Source of the DNA: an uncultured Gemmatimonadaceae bacterium | GTDB taxonomy: Bacteria; Gemmatimonadota; Gemmatimonadetes; Gemmatimonadales; Gemmatimonadaceae | Assembly: GCA_963761305.1 (NCBI GenBank) | Contig: CAVXGK010000002.1 | Location: 832,001 to 896,000 of the forward strand | Length of the DNA stretch: 64,000 bases | Direction of reading: 5' to 3' | Shown: piece by piece, positions 20,715 to 30,470 of the stretch | Layout: every line of letters starts with the position of its first letter | Numbering within the stretch: the stretch's first letter is position 1 | Notes under the pieces: model-generated | Told to the model about the DNA's origin: nothing | Databases searched by the model: none | The model's input: only the letters and a program-made list of their open reading frames with translations | Translations under genes and position numbers: made by a program

Positions 20715-21580
20715 GCATCTTCATCGACAAGGACACGACCGTCATCGTGCAGGGCATCACGGGCCGCGACGGCTCGTTCCACGCCAAGCAGATGCTGGAG
20801 TACGGCACGCGCATCGTGGCCGGCGTCACGCCGGGCAAGGGCGCACAGCAATTCGAGGGCAAGACGCCGATCTTCAACACGGTCGCCGACGCCGTCGCGG
20901 CCACCGGCGCGAACACGTCGGTCATCTACGTGCCGCCCATGTTCGCCGCCGACGCGATCCTCGAGGCGGCCGACGCGGGCGTCAAGCTCGTCGTCGCGAT
21001 CACGGAGGGCGTTCCGGTGTTGGACATGACGCGCGTCTACCCCTTCGTGAAGGAGAAGGGCGCGCGGCTGATCGGCCCAAACTGCCCGGGTCTCATCACA
21101 CCCGGCCAATCCAAGGTCGGGATCATCCCCGGCCGCATCTGCACGCCGGGCCACGTCGGCGTCGTGAGTCGTTCTGGAACGCTCACCTACGAAGTCGTAT
21201 ACCAGTTGACTCGTGCCGGGCTCGGGCAGTCCACCTGCGTCGGCATCGGCGGCGATCCGATCAACGGCACGAACTTCATCGACTGCCTCGCCGCCTTCGA
21301 GGCGGATCCGAACACGAAAGCCGTGGCGATGATGGGTGAGATCGGCGGCACCGACGAGCAGGACGCGGCGACCTTCGTGAAGGAGCACATGAAGAAGCCC
21401 GTCGTCGGCTTCATCGCCGGGCAGACCGCGCCGCCGGGGCGCCGCATGGGACACGCCGGCGCGATCATCAGCGGTTCCGCGGGAACCGCTACTGAAAAAA
21501 TTGCGGCGTTCGAGGCGGCCGGGATGGGCGTCGCCAAGCGGCCGATCGATTTCGTGGAGCTGCTGCAGAAGCGTCTCTAG
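20711..21580 (+). CDS. sucD: Succinyl-CoA synthetase alpha subunit
   Basis: [28 protein letters not shown]. Confidence 0.97.
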   Translation: MSIFIDKDTTVIVQGITGRDGSFHAKQMLEYGTRIVAGVTPGKGAQQFEGKTPIFNTVADAVAATGANTSVIYVPPMFAADAILEAADAGVKLVVAITEGVPVLDMTRVYPFVKEKGARLIGPNCPGLITPGQSKVGIIPGRICTPGHVGVVSRSGTLTYEVVYQLTRAGLGQSTCVGIGGDPINGTNFIDCLAAFEADPNTKAVAMMGEIGGTDEQDAATFVKEHMKKPVVGFIAGQTAPPGRRMGHAGAIISGSAGTATEKIAAFEAAGMGVAKRPIDFVELLQKRL

Positions 21581-21608
21581 CCGGCGCGCCGGGACCGGGG
21601 AGAAAAGA

Positions 21609-21638
21609 CAAATGGCTCGCCTTTCGGCGAGCCATTTG
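21609..21638. terminator. Hairpin between convergent sucD and secreted-protein gene; probable intrinsic terminator
   Basis: CAAATGGCTCGCC-TTTC-GGCGAGCCATTTG perfect 13-bp stem; A-rich 5' flank gives a U-tract on the - strand. Confidence 0.75.
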
Positions 21639-21688
21639 TGCAGCGGGGCGTTCGGTGGGTCAGACCTGACCGCCCCTCGTCGAGTGCG

Positions 21689-22414
21689 TTACTGCCAGAG
21701 GACGTCGAAGCTATAGTGACCGTACCCCGGCTCGACGTCCTGGATCCGCAGGATGGCCGTGTACCCGTTGTCGGGCGACGGCTGCTGCGTCACGACGACG
21801 CGACCGCGGCCTTCACGCTCGGAGACGCGCACGCTCATCGCGCCATCCGGAATGCCGTTGAGCGTCGATTCGATCAACTGCGGATCGTGACCGCTCAACG
21901 TGTGATACGAAACGCGGTTGGGGCTCAGCACGATTTCGAGATCGTCATCGACATCGCCGCTCCATCGGAGCGCCACGTGCCGAGAGTCACTCATCGACTC
22001 ACGGTCGAGCGGTGGACCGAGTTCGCCGGCCGCGGCCGGTTGCCAGTCCGCCTCGAGTCGATAGAACCCGCTGCCGCCTTGCGGATCGCGAATTCGAATG
22101 ACCGTCGTGTATCCGTTCTCAGCCGTCGGTTGACGGATCACCTCGGCGCTCCCGCGCCCTTCCAGCACCTGCACGGTGACGTCGCCGTCACGGTGCGGCA
22201 TTGGGGACACCACGTTCACCCCGAGCTGCCCGGGCTCCGCCGGACCGATGTTGGTCGTCGACACCTGACCGCCGCTCATCGTGAGCAGAATCTGTTGATC
22301 GACGCGGCCAGTCCAACTGAACAGCTCGCGCTGTGCCCGCAGCGGCGATGCTCCCGCTCCGACAAGGCCCAGTACGGTTAACGCGCTCAAGTACTTGAAG
22401 TTTGTCGCTGGCAT
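21689..22414 (-). CDS. Secreted hypothetical protein with two tandem ~95-aa repeats
   Basis: CAGGAGG RBS before ATG; signal peptide ending SPLRA-Q; repeated WxGxVD...GRG...QP..NGYT..RIxD...G.Y....W. Confidence 0.8.
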   Translation of the reverse strand: MPATNFKYLSALTVLGLVGAGASPLRAQRELFSWTGRVDQQILLTMSGGQVSTTNIGPAEPGQLGVNVVSPMPHRDGDVTVQVLEGRGSAEVIRQPTAENGYTTVIRIRDPQGGSGFYRLEADWQPAAAGELGPPLDRESMSDSRHVALRWSGDVDDDLEIVLSPNRVSYHTLSGHDPQLIESTLNGIPDGAMSVRVSEREGRGRVVVTQQPSPDNGYTAILRIQDVEPGYGHYSFDVLWQ

Positions 22415-22722
22415 GCAGACCTCCTGAAAAGCGACTGCCTCTTGGTAAAGCGAGATGCGGGCCGCTAGCGCGAGCAATGGTCCTTTGTCCTTAGTCGAAT
22501 CGCGGCCGAGGCCGGGGAACATTTGCGGCGGGCTCGAGGTGCCACGCGATGGCTCGCAATCGTCAGCGACGAAGCGACCGTCCGACGGAGAGCCCGCGGA
22601 AGGGGGACGGACCGAAGCCAACGACCCAGGTGAGCGCGAACGCCAGTGCGGCTACATTTGGGCGTCGCGTTCGCCCGATACCATCTCGAGCGACACAACT
22701 CTTGAAATCACAGGCAATCGAC

Positions 22723-23151
22723 ATGGCCGGCAACTATACCCTGACCATCATCAAACCCGACGCGCTGTCGACGGGCAAAGCAGGCAAGATCATCGCGCAC
22801 CTCGAGCAGCAGGGCTTCAAGGTCCTCGCGAGCCGCGTGGTCCACATGAATGAATCCCAGGCGGGCGAGTTTTACGCCGTGCACCGGGAACGGCCATTCT
22901 TCACGCCGCTCGTCGCGTTCATGACCTCGGGCCCGTGCATGCCCATGGTGCTCGAGAAGGACAACGCCGTCGCCGCGCTTCGAACAGCCATTGGCGCCAC
23001 CGATCCCGCGCAAGCTGATCCCGGCACGGTTCGCAAGCTGTTCGCGGAGTCGAAGGAACGAAACGCGATTCACGCCTCGGATTCCGACGAAAACGCCGCC
23101 CGGGAATCGCGCTTTTTCTTCTCCGAAGCCGACGTCCTCGGTGCCCGCTGA
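22723..23151 (+). CDS. ndk: Nucleoside diphosphate kinase
   Basis: TIIKPDA, FYAVHRERPFF, MTSGP, NAIHASDS. Confidence 0.97.
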   Translation: MAGNYTLTIIKPDALSTGKAGKIIAHLEQQGFKVLASRVVHMNESQAGEFYAVHRERPFFTPLVAFMTSGPCMPMVLEKDNAVAALRTAIGATDPAQADPGTVRKLFAESKERNAIHASDSDENAARESRFFFSEADVLGAR

Positions 23152-23228
23152 TTGGAGCGTCGGCGTCGATCTAAGCTCTGTCGCCTCAGCAACTTGTAGT
23201 GAGACACGTGACGGGCTAGCTTTGGGGG

Positions 23229-23744
23229 ATGTTGTCATTCGACATTCGATCCCTCGATGCACACGCCTCGGTCGTCGACGAAGTGCTGTCGGCCGACGAT
23301 CCGGTCTGGGATCCAACCGATCGAAAACCCATCGACGGCGTGCACGTCACCGGCCGAATCTCCTCGGCCGGGCAAGGGCGTTTCTACTGGCACGGCCGCC
23401 TGACCGGCGACGTCATGCTCGAGTGCAGCCGCTGCCTGGCTGACGCAAAATCCCACGTGACCGACGAAGCGCACATCATCTTCGCCGAGCAAGGGAGCGA
23501 AGACGCCGACGAACCGGACGTGTACGTCTACGAGCGCACGGCGGCGAACCTCGACCTACGGCCCGCGCTGCGCGAACAGTGGCTGCTCGCGGCGCCGGCC
23601 TTCGCGCTCTGCCGGCCCGATTGCAAAGGTCTCTGCCCCCGCTGCGGCGTCGATCTCAACGCCGGACCGCACGAATGCGCAGAGCAGGCAGTGGATCCGC
23701 GCTGGGACGTGTTGCAGAAATTGAAGCAGTCGTCGTCGCGATAG
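23229..23744 (+). CDS. YceD/DUF177 family protein
   Basis: ECSRCL, LCRPDCKGLCPRCG, DPRW; directly upstream of rpmF. Confidence 0.93.
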   Translation: MLSFDIRSLDAHASVVDEVLSADDPVWDPTDRKPIDGVHVTGRISSAGQGRFYWHGRLTGDVMLECSRCLADAKSHVTDEAHIIFAEQGSEDADEPDVYVYERTAANLDLRPALREQWLLAAPAFALCRPDCKGLCPRCGVDLNAGPHECAEQAVDPRWDVLQKLKQSSSR

Positions 23745-23792
23745 CGTCCCCGAGCCCTCGATTTACAACTCACCTCGCAACTTCTCACGACC

Positions 23793-23975
23793 ATGGCCGT
23801 CCCCAAGAGACGCACCTCGAAACGAAAGAAGCGCGCCCGCAACACGCACAAGAAAGCGCCCGCGGTCATTCTGCAGGCGTGTCCCAAGTGTGGCTCGCCC
23901 AAGCGACCGCACCGCGTGTGCGGTGAATGCGGCTTCTACGCCGGTAAACAGCGGGTCGAAGCCAGGGAAGCGTAG
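23793..23975 (+). CDS. rpmF: 50S ribosomal protein L32 (Zn-ribbon form)
   Basis: MAVPKRRTSK, CPKC..PHRVCGECGFY. Confidence 0.97.
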   Translation: MAVPKRRTSKRKKRARNTHKKAPAVILQACPKCGSPKRPHRVCGECGFYAGKQRVEAREA

Positions 23976-23977
23976 CC

Positions 23978-24979
23978 TTGGCGCGAATCGCGTTGGACGC
24001 GATGGGGGGCGACTTCGCTCCCCAGGCGACCGTCGCCGGCGCGCTGCTCGCCCTGGGCGAGCTGGATGCAAGCCACACGCTGCAGCTCGTGGGTCGCACG
24101 AGCGTCGTCAACGAACAGCTCGAAGCGCTGCTCGCCGACCCGCAGTATGCCGCGGCGCGCGGGCAGCGCGATCGTGTGAGCGTCGTCGAAGCGGCCGACG
24201 TCATCGAGATGACGGACAAGCCGGGGGCGGCGATCCGCGGCAAGCCGAACAGCTCGATGATCGTCGGGCTCAAGCTTCAGGCCGAACGCAAGTCCGACGC
24301 GTTCGTTTCGGCCGGCAACACCGGCGCGCAAATGGCGGCGTCGATGATCGTGCTCAAGCTCCACGCGGGAGTCAAACGGCCGGCGATCGCGACGCTCTTT
24401 CCCACGGGACACAACCCGGTGGTGGTGCTCGACTCGGGCGCCAACGTCGATTGCTCGGCCGACGAGCTGGTACAGTTCGCGCGGCTCGGCGTCGTCTACG
24501 CCGAAGATCTGCTCGGCCGAACCAACCCGGCGGTCGGACTGCTGAGCATCGGTGAGGAACCGGAGAAGGGCAACGCGGTCTCCAAGGAAGCGCACCAGCT
24601 CCTGCAGTCGGCCGGCCTGAATTTTCTCGGCAACGTCGAAGGGCGCGACCTGCCCGCGGGAGCTTGCGACCGCGGTCTCATCGACGTCGTCGTCTGCGAC
24701 GGGTTCGTCGGCAACGTGGTCCTCAAATTCTACGAGGCCGTCGCGCCGCTCATCACGCGCTTGCTCGCCAAGGCCGGCGTGGATGAAAAGACGCTGATGA
24801 GCGCTCTTCGGCAGCTCGACTACTCCGAGCACGGCGGCGCGCCGCTCCTCGGCGTGAACGGCGTCAGCATCATCTCGCACGGCAAGTCGTCGCCGCGCGC
24901 CATCAAGAACGCCATCAAGGTCGGCGTGCAAGCCGTGGAGACGCGCATGAACGAGCACATCGGCCGGCATCTCGCATGA
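23978..24979 (+). CDS. plsX: Phosphate acyltransferase
   Basis: IALDAMGGDFAP, SAGNTGA, DSGANVD, CDGFVGN, HGKS. Confidence 0.96.
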   Translation: MARIALDAMGGDFAPQATVAGALLALGELDASHTLQLVGRTSVVNEQLEALLADPQYAAARGQRDRVSVVEAADVIEMTDKPGAAIRGKPNSSMIVGLKLQAERKSDAFVSAGNTGAQMAASMIVLKLHAGVKRPAIATLFPTGHNPVVVLDSGANVDCSADELVQFARLGVVYAEDLLGRTNPAVGLLSIGEEPEKGNAVSKEAHQLLQSAGLNFLGNVEGRDLPAGACDRGLIDVVVCDGFVGNVVLKFYEAVAPLITRLLAKAGVDEKTLMSALRQLDYSEHGGAPLLGVNGVSIISHGKSSPRAIKNAIKVGVQAVETRMNEHIGRHLA

Positions 24980-25962
24980 AACGACCGGTCGCGTATTTCG
25001 CCGGCACCGGTCGCGGCATCCCGTCCACCGTGATGACGAACTTCGATTTCGCGAAGATCGGCATCGAGACGACCGACGAATGGATCGTCGAGCGCACGGG
25101 GATCAAGGAACGCCACATCGCCAAGACCGAAAGTGCGACCGATCTCGCGGCAAGCGCGTCGCGACTGGCGATGGAAAAAGCCGGAGTGCAGGCCGGCGAG
25201 ATCGACATCATCGTGCTCGGCACCGCGTCGCCCGATCGTTTGCTGCCGTCGGCGGCGGTGGATCTTCAGGCGGCGCTCGGCGCGAGCCGCGCGGCGGCAT
25301 TCGACGTCGGCGCCGCGTGCTCGGGATTCATCTACAGCACGACGGTCGCCGAAAGCATGATCGCGGCCGGGAACGCCGACACGGCGCTCGTCGTCGGCGT
25401 GGAGAAGCTGAGCGCGATCACCGACTGGACCGACCGTTCCACGTGCGTGCTGTTCGGCGACGGCGCCGGCGCCGCGGTGCTCCAGCGGTCGAAGCACCAC
25501 AAAGGGATTCTCTCGACCTTCGTGCGCAGCGACGGAACGCTCGGCGATTTGCTCTGTCGCCCGTCGGGCGGCGCCGCTCGGCCGTTCTCGGCCGACGTCC
25601 TCGCCGACCACTCGCAGTTCATCACGATGAACGGCCGAGAGGTGTTCAAGAACGCCGTGCGGTCGATGTCGGAGGCGGCGACGCGGGCCCTCGACGCCGC
25701 CAAGCTCACCGGCGCCGACATCGACCTGATGATTCCGCACCAGGCGAACATCCGCATCATCGAGGCGACGGCCAAGCACGCCAACATCTCGATGGACAAG
25801 GTCTACGTGAACGTGGACCGCTTCGGCAACACCTCGGCGGCATCGGTGCCGATCGCGCTCGACGAGGCGATCGAGAAGGGCGTCATCGGCGAAGGCTCGA
25901 CCGTGCTGCTCGTCGCCTTTGGCGCGGGCTTCACGTGGGGCTCGTTGGTCGTCCGCCTTTGA
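24976..25962 (+). CDS. fabH: 3-oxoacyl-ACP synthase III
   Basis: AACSGF, PHQANIRI, GNTSAAS, FGAGFTWG. Confidence 0.96.
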   Translation: MKRPVAYFAGTGRGIPSTVMTNFDFAKIGIETTDEWIVERTGIKERHIAKTESATDLAASASRLAMEKAGVQAGEIDIIVLGTASPDRLLPSAAVDLQAALGASRAAAFDVGAACSGFIYSTTVAESMIAAGNADTALVVGVEKLSAITDWTDRSTCVLFGDGAGAAVLQRSKHHKGILSTFVRSDGTLGDLLCRPSGGAARPFSADVLADHSQFITMNGREVFKNAVRSMSEAATRALDAAKLTGADIDLMIPHQANIRIIEATAKHANISMDKVYVNVDRFGNTSAASVPIALDEAIEKGVIGEGSTVLLVAFGAGFTWGSLVVRL

Positions 25963-25964
25963 CG

Positions 25965-26906
25965 ATGGACGTCGTACTTCTATTCCCGGGTCAGGGCTCC
26001 CAGAAGCCGGGCATGGCGAAGGATCTCGTGGATGCCTTCGCCGAAGCACGCGACGTGTTCGATCGGGCCGACGCCGCCCTTGGCGTGCCCCTCAGCCGTC
26101 TGTGCTTCGACGGTCCGGCCGAGGAGCTCACGCTGACCCAGAATGCGCAGCCGGCGCTCCTGGCGCACGGCGCCGCCGTCTGGGCGATCGTGAAGGACGC
26201 GATCGCGTCGCGCGTCGTCGCGGCGGCGGGGCACTCGCTCGGAGAGTTGACCGCATATCACGCCGCCGGTTCGTTCGGCGTCGAAGACGCGGTTCGCGTC
26301 GTGCGCCGCCGCGGCGAGCTGATGTACGAGAGCGGCGTGAGGCAGCCCGGCACGATGGCGGCAATTCTGGGAGACGCAAGTCGTCCTACGGACGAGATCT
26401 GCGAGCAGGCGACGCGCGAAGCGGGACTCGTCGTTCCGGCGAACTACAATTGCCCCGGACAGCTCGTCGTGAGCGGAGAGATCGCCGGCGTCGAGCGGGC
26501 GATGGCGCTGTTCAAGGAAGCCGGCGCGAAGCGCGCGATTCGGCTGAACGTGAGCGGTGCGTTTCACTCCCCGCTCATGGAAAGCGCCTCCGATGGGCTC
26601 TCCAAAGCGCTTGATTCCTTGTCATTTGGCGACCCTGACTTCCCGGTCTACTCGAATGTGACGGCCGAGCCCGTGACGGGCGCCGCTTCCGGCAAGAGCC
26701 TTTTGCTGAAACAGCTCGCCAGCCCGGTTCGCTGGAGCGACGAAGTCGCCGCGATCGGACGCGCCCATCCGAACGCGCTGTACGTCGAGATGGGGCCGGG
26801 TTCCGTGCTCGTGGGGCTCGTGAAGAAGATCGATCCCTCGCTCAAGACGGCGACGTGCGGCACCGCCGACGAAGTCGGACAGCTCACCGAGCTCGCCCTC
26901 GCGTGA
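25965..26906 (+). CDS. fabD: Malonyl-CoA:ACP transacylase
   Basis: FPGQGSQ, GHSLGE, SGAFHS. Confidence 0.96.
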   Translation: MDVVLLFPGQGSQKPGMAKDLVDAFAEARDVFDRADAALGVPLSRLCFDGPAEELTLTQNAQPALLAHGAAVWAIVKDAIASRVVAAAGHSLGELTAYHAAGSFGVEDAVRVVRRRGELMYESGVRQPGTMAAILGDASRPTDEICEQATREAGLVVPANYNCPGQLVVSGEIAGVERAMALFKEAGAKRAIRLNVSGAFHSPLMESASDGLSKALDSLSFGDPDFPVYSNVTAEPVTGAASGKSLLLKQLASPVRWSDEVAAIGRAHPNALYVEMGPGSVLVGLVKKIDPSLKTATCGTADEVGQLTELALA

Positions 26907-27640
26907 AGATCGACCTCACGGGGCGAGTCGCGCTCGTCACGGGCAGCACGCGCGGCATCGGTCGCGCGATCGCCGAGTCGTTGGCGAACGCTGGCGCTCG
27001 CCTCGCCGTCGTGGGTCGCGACGCCGAGCGTGCGAAGGAAGCGGCCGCGGCCATCTCGGCGGAATCGCGGGGATACGGCTGCGACATGGGCGACGCGACA
27101 GCCGTCGCGGGACTCGTCGAGAGCGTCGAGCGCGACTTCGGGGCGATCGACATTCTGGTCAACAACGCGGGGCTCAACCGCGACAACCTGCTGATGCGTC
27201 TCAAGGACGACGACTGGGACGCCGTATTGAACACCAATCTCCGCGGAGCATTCGTCGCCATGCGCGCCGCTACGCGCGGCATGATGAAGCGTCGCTGGGG
27301 TCGGATCATCAACATCTCGAGCGTCGTCGGGGTCGTCGGCAACAAGGGTCAGGCGAACTACGCGGCGAGCAAGGCGGGGCTCATCGGCCTCACGAAGTCC
27401 GTCGCCAAGGAGCTGGCGTCGCGGAACATCCTCGCCAACGTCGTTGCTCCCGGTTTCATCGAGACCGACATGACGCACGCGATGACGGACGAGGCCAAGA
27501 AAACCCTCTACACGCAGATCCCGCTCGAACGTCTCGGCACCCCGGCCGACGTAGCCAACGTCGTGACATTTCTCTCGTCCGATCTCGCGAGCTACATCAC
27601 CGGACAAGTGTTCGTCGTCGACGGCGGGATGGTCATGTGA
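26903..27640 (+). CDS. fabG: 3-oxoacyl-ACP reductase
   Basis: TGSTRGIG, NNAG, YAASK, APGFIETDM; fab cluster context. Confidence 0.96.
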   Translation: MKIDLTGRVALVTGSTRGIGRAIAESLANAGARLAVVGRDAERAKEAAAAISAESRGYGCDMGDATAVAGLVESVERDFGAIDILVNNAGLNRDNLLMRLKDDDWDAVLNTNLRGAFVAMRAATRGMMKRRWGRIINISSVVGVVGNKGQANYAASKAGLIGLTKSVAKELASRNILANVVAPGFIETDMTHAMTDEAKKTLYTQIPLERLGTPADVANVVTFLSSDLASYITGQVFVVDGGMVM

Positions 27641-27779
27641 CGACGCCGGAGACGACAGGAAGGCCGGGGTCGCATCTTCCAATGCCGATTCACGTTAGCT
27701 GACAATGACCGCCCGGGCTGAGTAGATTGTTCGCACACCCCCGCTCCCAATTCTTCTATCCGACCGAGGACTGATTCAA

Positions 27780-28025
27780 ATGCCCGACAACGCTCAGAAG
27801 GTTCGTGACATTATCGAGAAGGAACTGGGCGTGGAGCGTGAAAAGCTCACCGACCAGGCGAGCTTCATCGAGGATCTCGGGGCCGACAGCCTCGACATCG
27901 TCGAACTCGTCATGGAGTTCGAGAAGGAGTTCAACATCGACATCCCCGATGAGGATGCCGAGAAGCTCCGCACGGTGGGCGACGCGGTCGGTTATCTGAA
28001 TCAGAAGGTCGGGACCACCGCGTGA
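27780..28025 (+). CDS. acpP: Acyl carrier protein
   Basis: [22 protein letters not shown]. Confidence 0.97.
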   Translation: MPDNAQKVRDIIEKELGVEREKLTDQASFIEDLGADSLDIVELVMEFEKEFNIDIPDEDAEKLRTVGDAVGYLNQKVGTTA

Positions 28026-29269
28026 GCAAACGCCGGGTCGTCGTCACCGGAATGGGGGCGATCACGCCAGTCGGCAACGACGTGGCGACGACTTGGCGCG
28101 CGATCACCGAGGGAGTGTCCGGTGGTGGGCCGATCACGAAGTTCGACGCATCGACGTTCCCGGTCCGCTTCGCGTGCGAGGTGAAGGGCTTCGATCCACT
28201 CGTCTACCTCGAGCGCAAAGAGGCCAAGCGGGCCGACCCGTTCGCTCAGTACGCCATCGCCGCGTCGGTCCAGGCCATGGCCGACGCCGGGCTCGATAAC
28301 GGTTCGCCCTACGATCCGGATCGACTCGGCGTCATCATCGGCAGCGGCATCGGCGGCTTGAAGACGTTCGAAGAACAGCACGACGTCTACCGCGAGCGGG
28401 GACAGAGCAAGATCAGCGCGTTCTTCATCCCGATGTTCATCTCGGACATCGCGGCCGGCCTCGTGTCGATGCGGTTCAACGCCAAGGGCCCGAACTACGC
28501 CACGATCTCGGCGTGCGCCACCAGTGCGCACGCGATCGGCGACGCGTTCCGGACCATCCAGTACGGCGACGCCGACGTCATCATCACCGGCGGATCGGAG
28601 GCCACCGTCACGCCAATGGCCATCGGCGGCTTCGCGAACATGAAGGCGCTCTCCGAGCGCAACGATTCCCCCGAGACGGCCTCGCGTCCGTTCGACGCGA
28701 CGCGTGACGGATTCGTGATGGGCGAAGGCGGCGGCATCGTCATTCTCGAGAGCCTCGAGGGAGCCCTCAGCCGCGGCGCGCCGATTTACGCCGAGATCGT
28801 CGGCTACGGCGCGACGGGCGACGCGTACCATCTGACGGCGCCGGCGCCCGACGGCGAAGGCGCGCAGCGCGCGATGCGTCGTGCGATGAACGACGCCAAG
28901 TTCGCGCCCGGCGACATCGAGTACATCAACGCGCACGGCACGTCGACGCCCGCCAACGATCTCAACGAGACCAAGGCCATCAAAGCCGTCTTCGGTGACG
29001 CCGCGAAGACGGTGAACGTCAGCTCCACCAAATCGATGACCGGCCACATGCTCGGCGCGGCCGGCGCGGTGGAGTTCATCATCGGCGCGCTGGCCGTGCG
29101 CGACTGTGTGATTCCTCCGACGATCAACTACCACACGCCGGATCCGGAGTTGGATCTGAACTACACACCGAACGTCGCCGCCACCCGTCCGGTGCGCGCC
29201 GTGTTGAGCAACAGCTTCGGCTTCGGGGGTCATAACGTGACCCTCGCGATCAAGCGCTTCGAGGAGTAG
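28022..29269 (+). CDS. fabF: 3-oxoacyl-ACP synthase II
   Basis: [34 protein letters not shown]. Confidence 0.97.
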   Translation: MSKRRVVVTGMGAITPVGNDVATTWRAITEGVSGGGPITKFDASTFPVRFACEVKGFDPLVYLERKEAKRADPFAQYAIAASVQAMADAGLDNGSPYDPDRLGVIIGSGIGGLKTFEEQHDVYRERGQSKISAFFIPMFISDIAAGLVSMRFNAKGPNYATISACATSAHAIGDAFRTIQYGDADVIITGGSEATVTPMAIGGFANMKALSERNDSPETASRPFDATRDGFVMGEGGGIVILESLEGALSRGAPIYAEIVGYGATGDAYHLTAPAPDGEGAQRAMRRAMNDAKFAPGDIEYINAHGTSTPANDLNETKAIKAVFGDAAKTVNVSSTKSMTGHMLGAAGAVEFIIGALAVRDCVIPPTINYHTPDPELDLNYTPNVAATRPVRAVLSNSFGFGGHNVTLAIKRFEE

Positions 29270-29273
29270 CGAC

Positions 29274-30470
29274 GTGCCGTCGCCGGCAGTCTCACTCGAT
29301 GCGGGGCTGATCGGCGACTCGGCGCTTCGTCCGGTCGCCGACAAGGTCGCGCGCGGCGAACGGTTGAGCGTCGCCGACGGCGTGGCGCTGTTCGAGAGCA
29401 GCGATCTCCTCGGCATCGGCCACATGGCCGACACGGTGAATCGCGCCAAGCACGGCGACCGCGTCACGTTCGCCGCGAACCAGCACCTCAACCCGACGAA
29501 CATCTGCATTCTGCGGAAGACGTGCGTCTTCTGCTCGTACGCCCGGCTGCCGAAGGAGGAGGGCGCGTACCGCTACACCCTCGAGCAGGTGTACGAGGAA
29601 GCCGCCTCGTCGAACAGCACGCTGACGCGCGAATTCCACATCGTCGGCGGCCTCGACATGCACGCGGGGCTGGACTACTACGTCGAGATGTTCCGCGGTC
29701 TCAAGCAGCGCTTTCCGCACGTTCACATCAAGGCGCTCACCGCGGTCGAGATCGCGCACATCGCGCGCATCAGCAAGTTGTCGGTCCGCGACACGCTCAT
29801 CGCGCTGCAAGACGCGGGGCTCGACACGATGCCCGGCGGCGGCGCCGAGGTGTTCAGCCCGGGCGTGCGGGCGACGATCGCCGACAAGAAGCTGTCGGGC
29901 GAGGAGTACATCGCCGTCCACCGCGAGGCCCATTCGCTCGGCATTCGCAGCAACTGCACGATGCTCTACGGCCACGTCGAGACGTACGCCGACCGCATGG
30001 CGCACCTCGACATGCTGCGCGACCTGCAGGACGAGACCGGCGGCTTCCTCGCCTACATCCCGCTCGCCTACCACCCGGACAACAACGAGCTGGGTGAGAC
30101 GCTGCACCGCACCGGCCTCGCGACCAGCGGCTTCGACGACCTCAAGAACCTCGCCGTGGCGCGGCTCTTCCTCGACAACTTCGACCACATCAAGTCGCAC
30201 TGGATCATGGTCACGCCGTTCGTGTCGCAGACGTCGCTGCACTTCGGCGTGAACGATCTCGAAGGCACCGTCGTCCGCGAGAAGATCTATCACGAAGCCG
30301 GCGCGCACACCGCGCAGGCGATGACGCTCGACCAACTGCTGCGCCTGATTCGCGGCGCCAAGAAAGTGCCGGCCGAACGCGACTCGTTCTACAACGTGAT
30401 TCGCACGTTCGACGAGCCGACGCCGTCGTCGTCGCCGACGACCGGCGGCCAATCCTCGATCGCCGCGTGA
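29274..30470 (+). CDS. mqnE: Aminofutalosine synthase (radical SAM, CofH/MqnE family)
   Basis: NPTNIC...CVFC, FHIVGG, HIKALTAVEI, MPGGGAE, TMLYGHVE, EKIYHEAG; adjacent to mqnA and mqnC. Confidence 0.88.
   Translation: MPSPAVSLDAGLIGDSALRPVADKVARGERLSVADGVALFESSDLLGIGHMADTVNRAKHGDRVTFAANQHLNPTNICILRKTCVFCSYARLPKEEGAYRYTLEQVYEEAASSNSTLTREFHIVGGLDMHAGLDYYVEMFRGLKQRFPHVHIKALTAVEIAHIARISKLSVRDTLIALQDAGLDTMPGGGAEVFSPGVRATIADKKLSGEEYIAVHREAHSLGIRSNCTMLYGHVETYADRMAHLDMLRDLQDETGGFLAYIPLAYHPDNNELGETLHRTGLATSGFDDLKNLAVARLFLDNFDHIKSHWIMVTPFVSQTSLHFGVNDLEGTVVREKIYHEAGAHTAQAMTLDQLLRLIRGAKKVPAERDSFYNVIRTFDEPTPSSSPTTGGQSSIAA

Noticed and set aside
22415..22722. ncRNA or sigma54 promoter in the spacer before ndk
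   Set aside because: Only weak hairpins; TGGCAC on the - strand lacks a correctly spaced TTGC; no recognisable RNA family.
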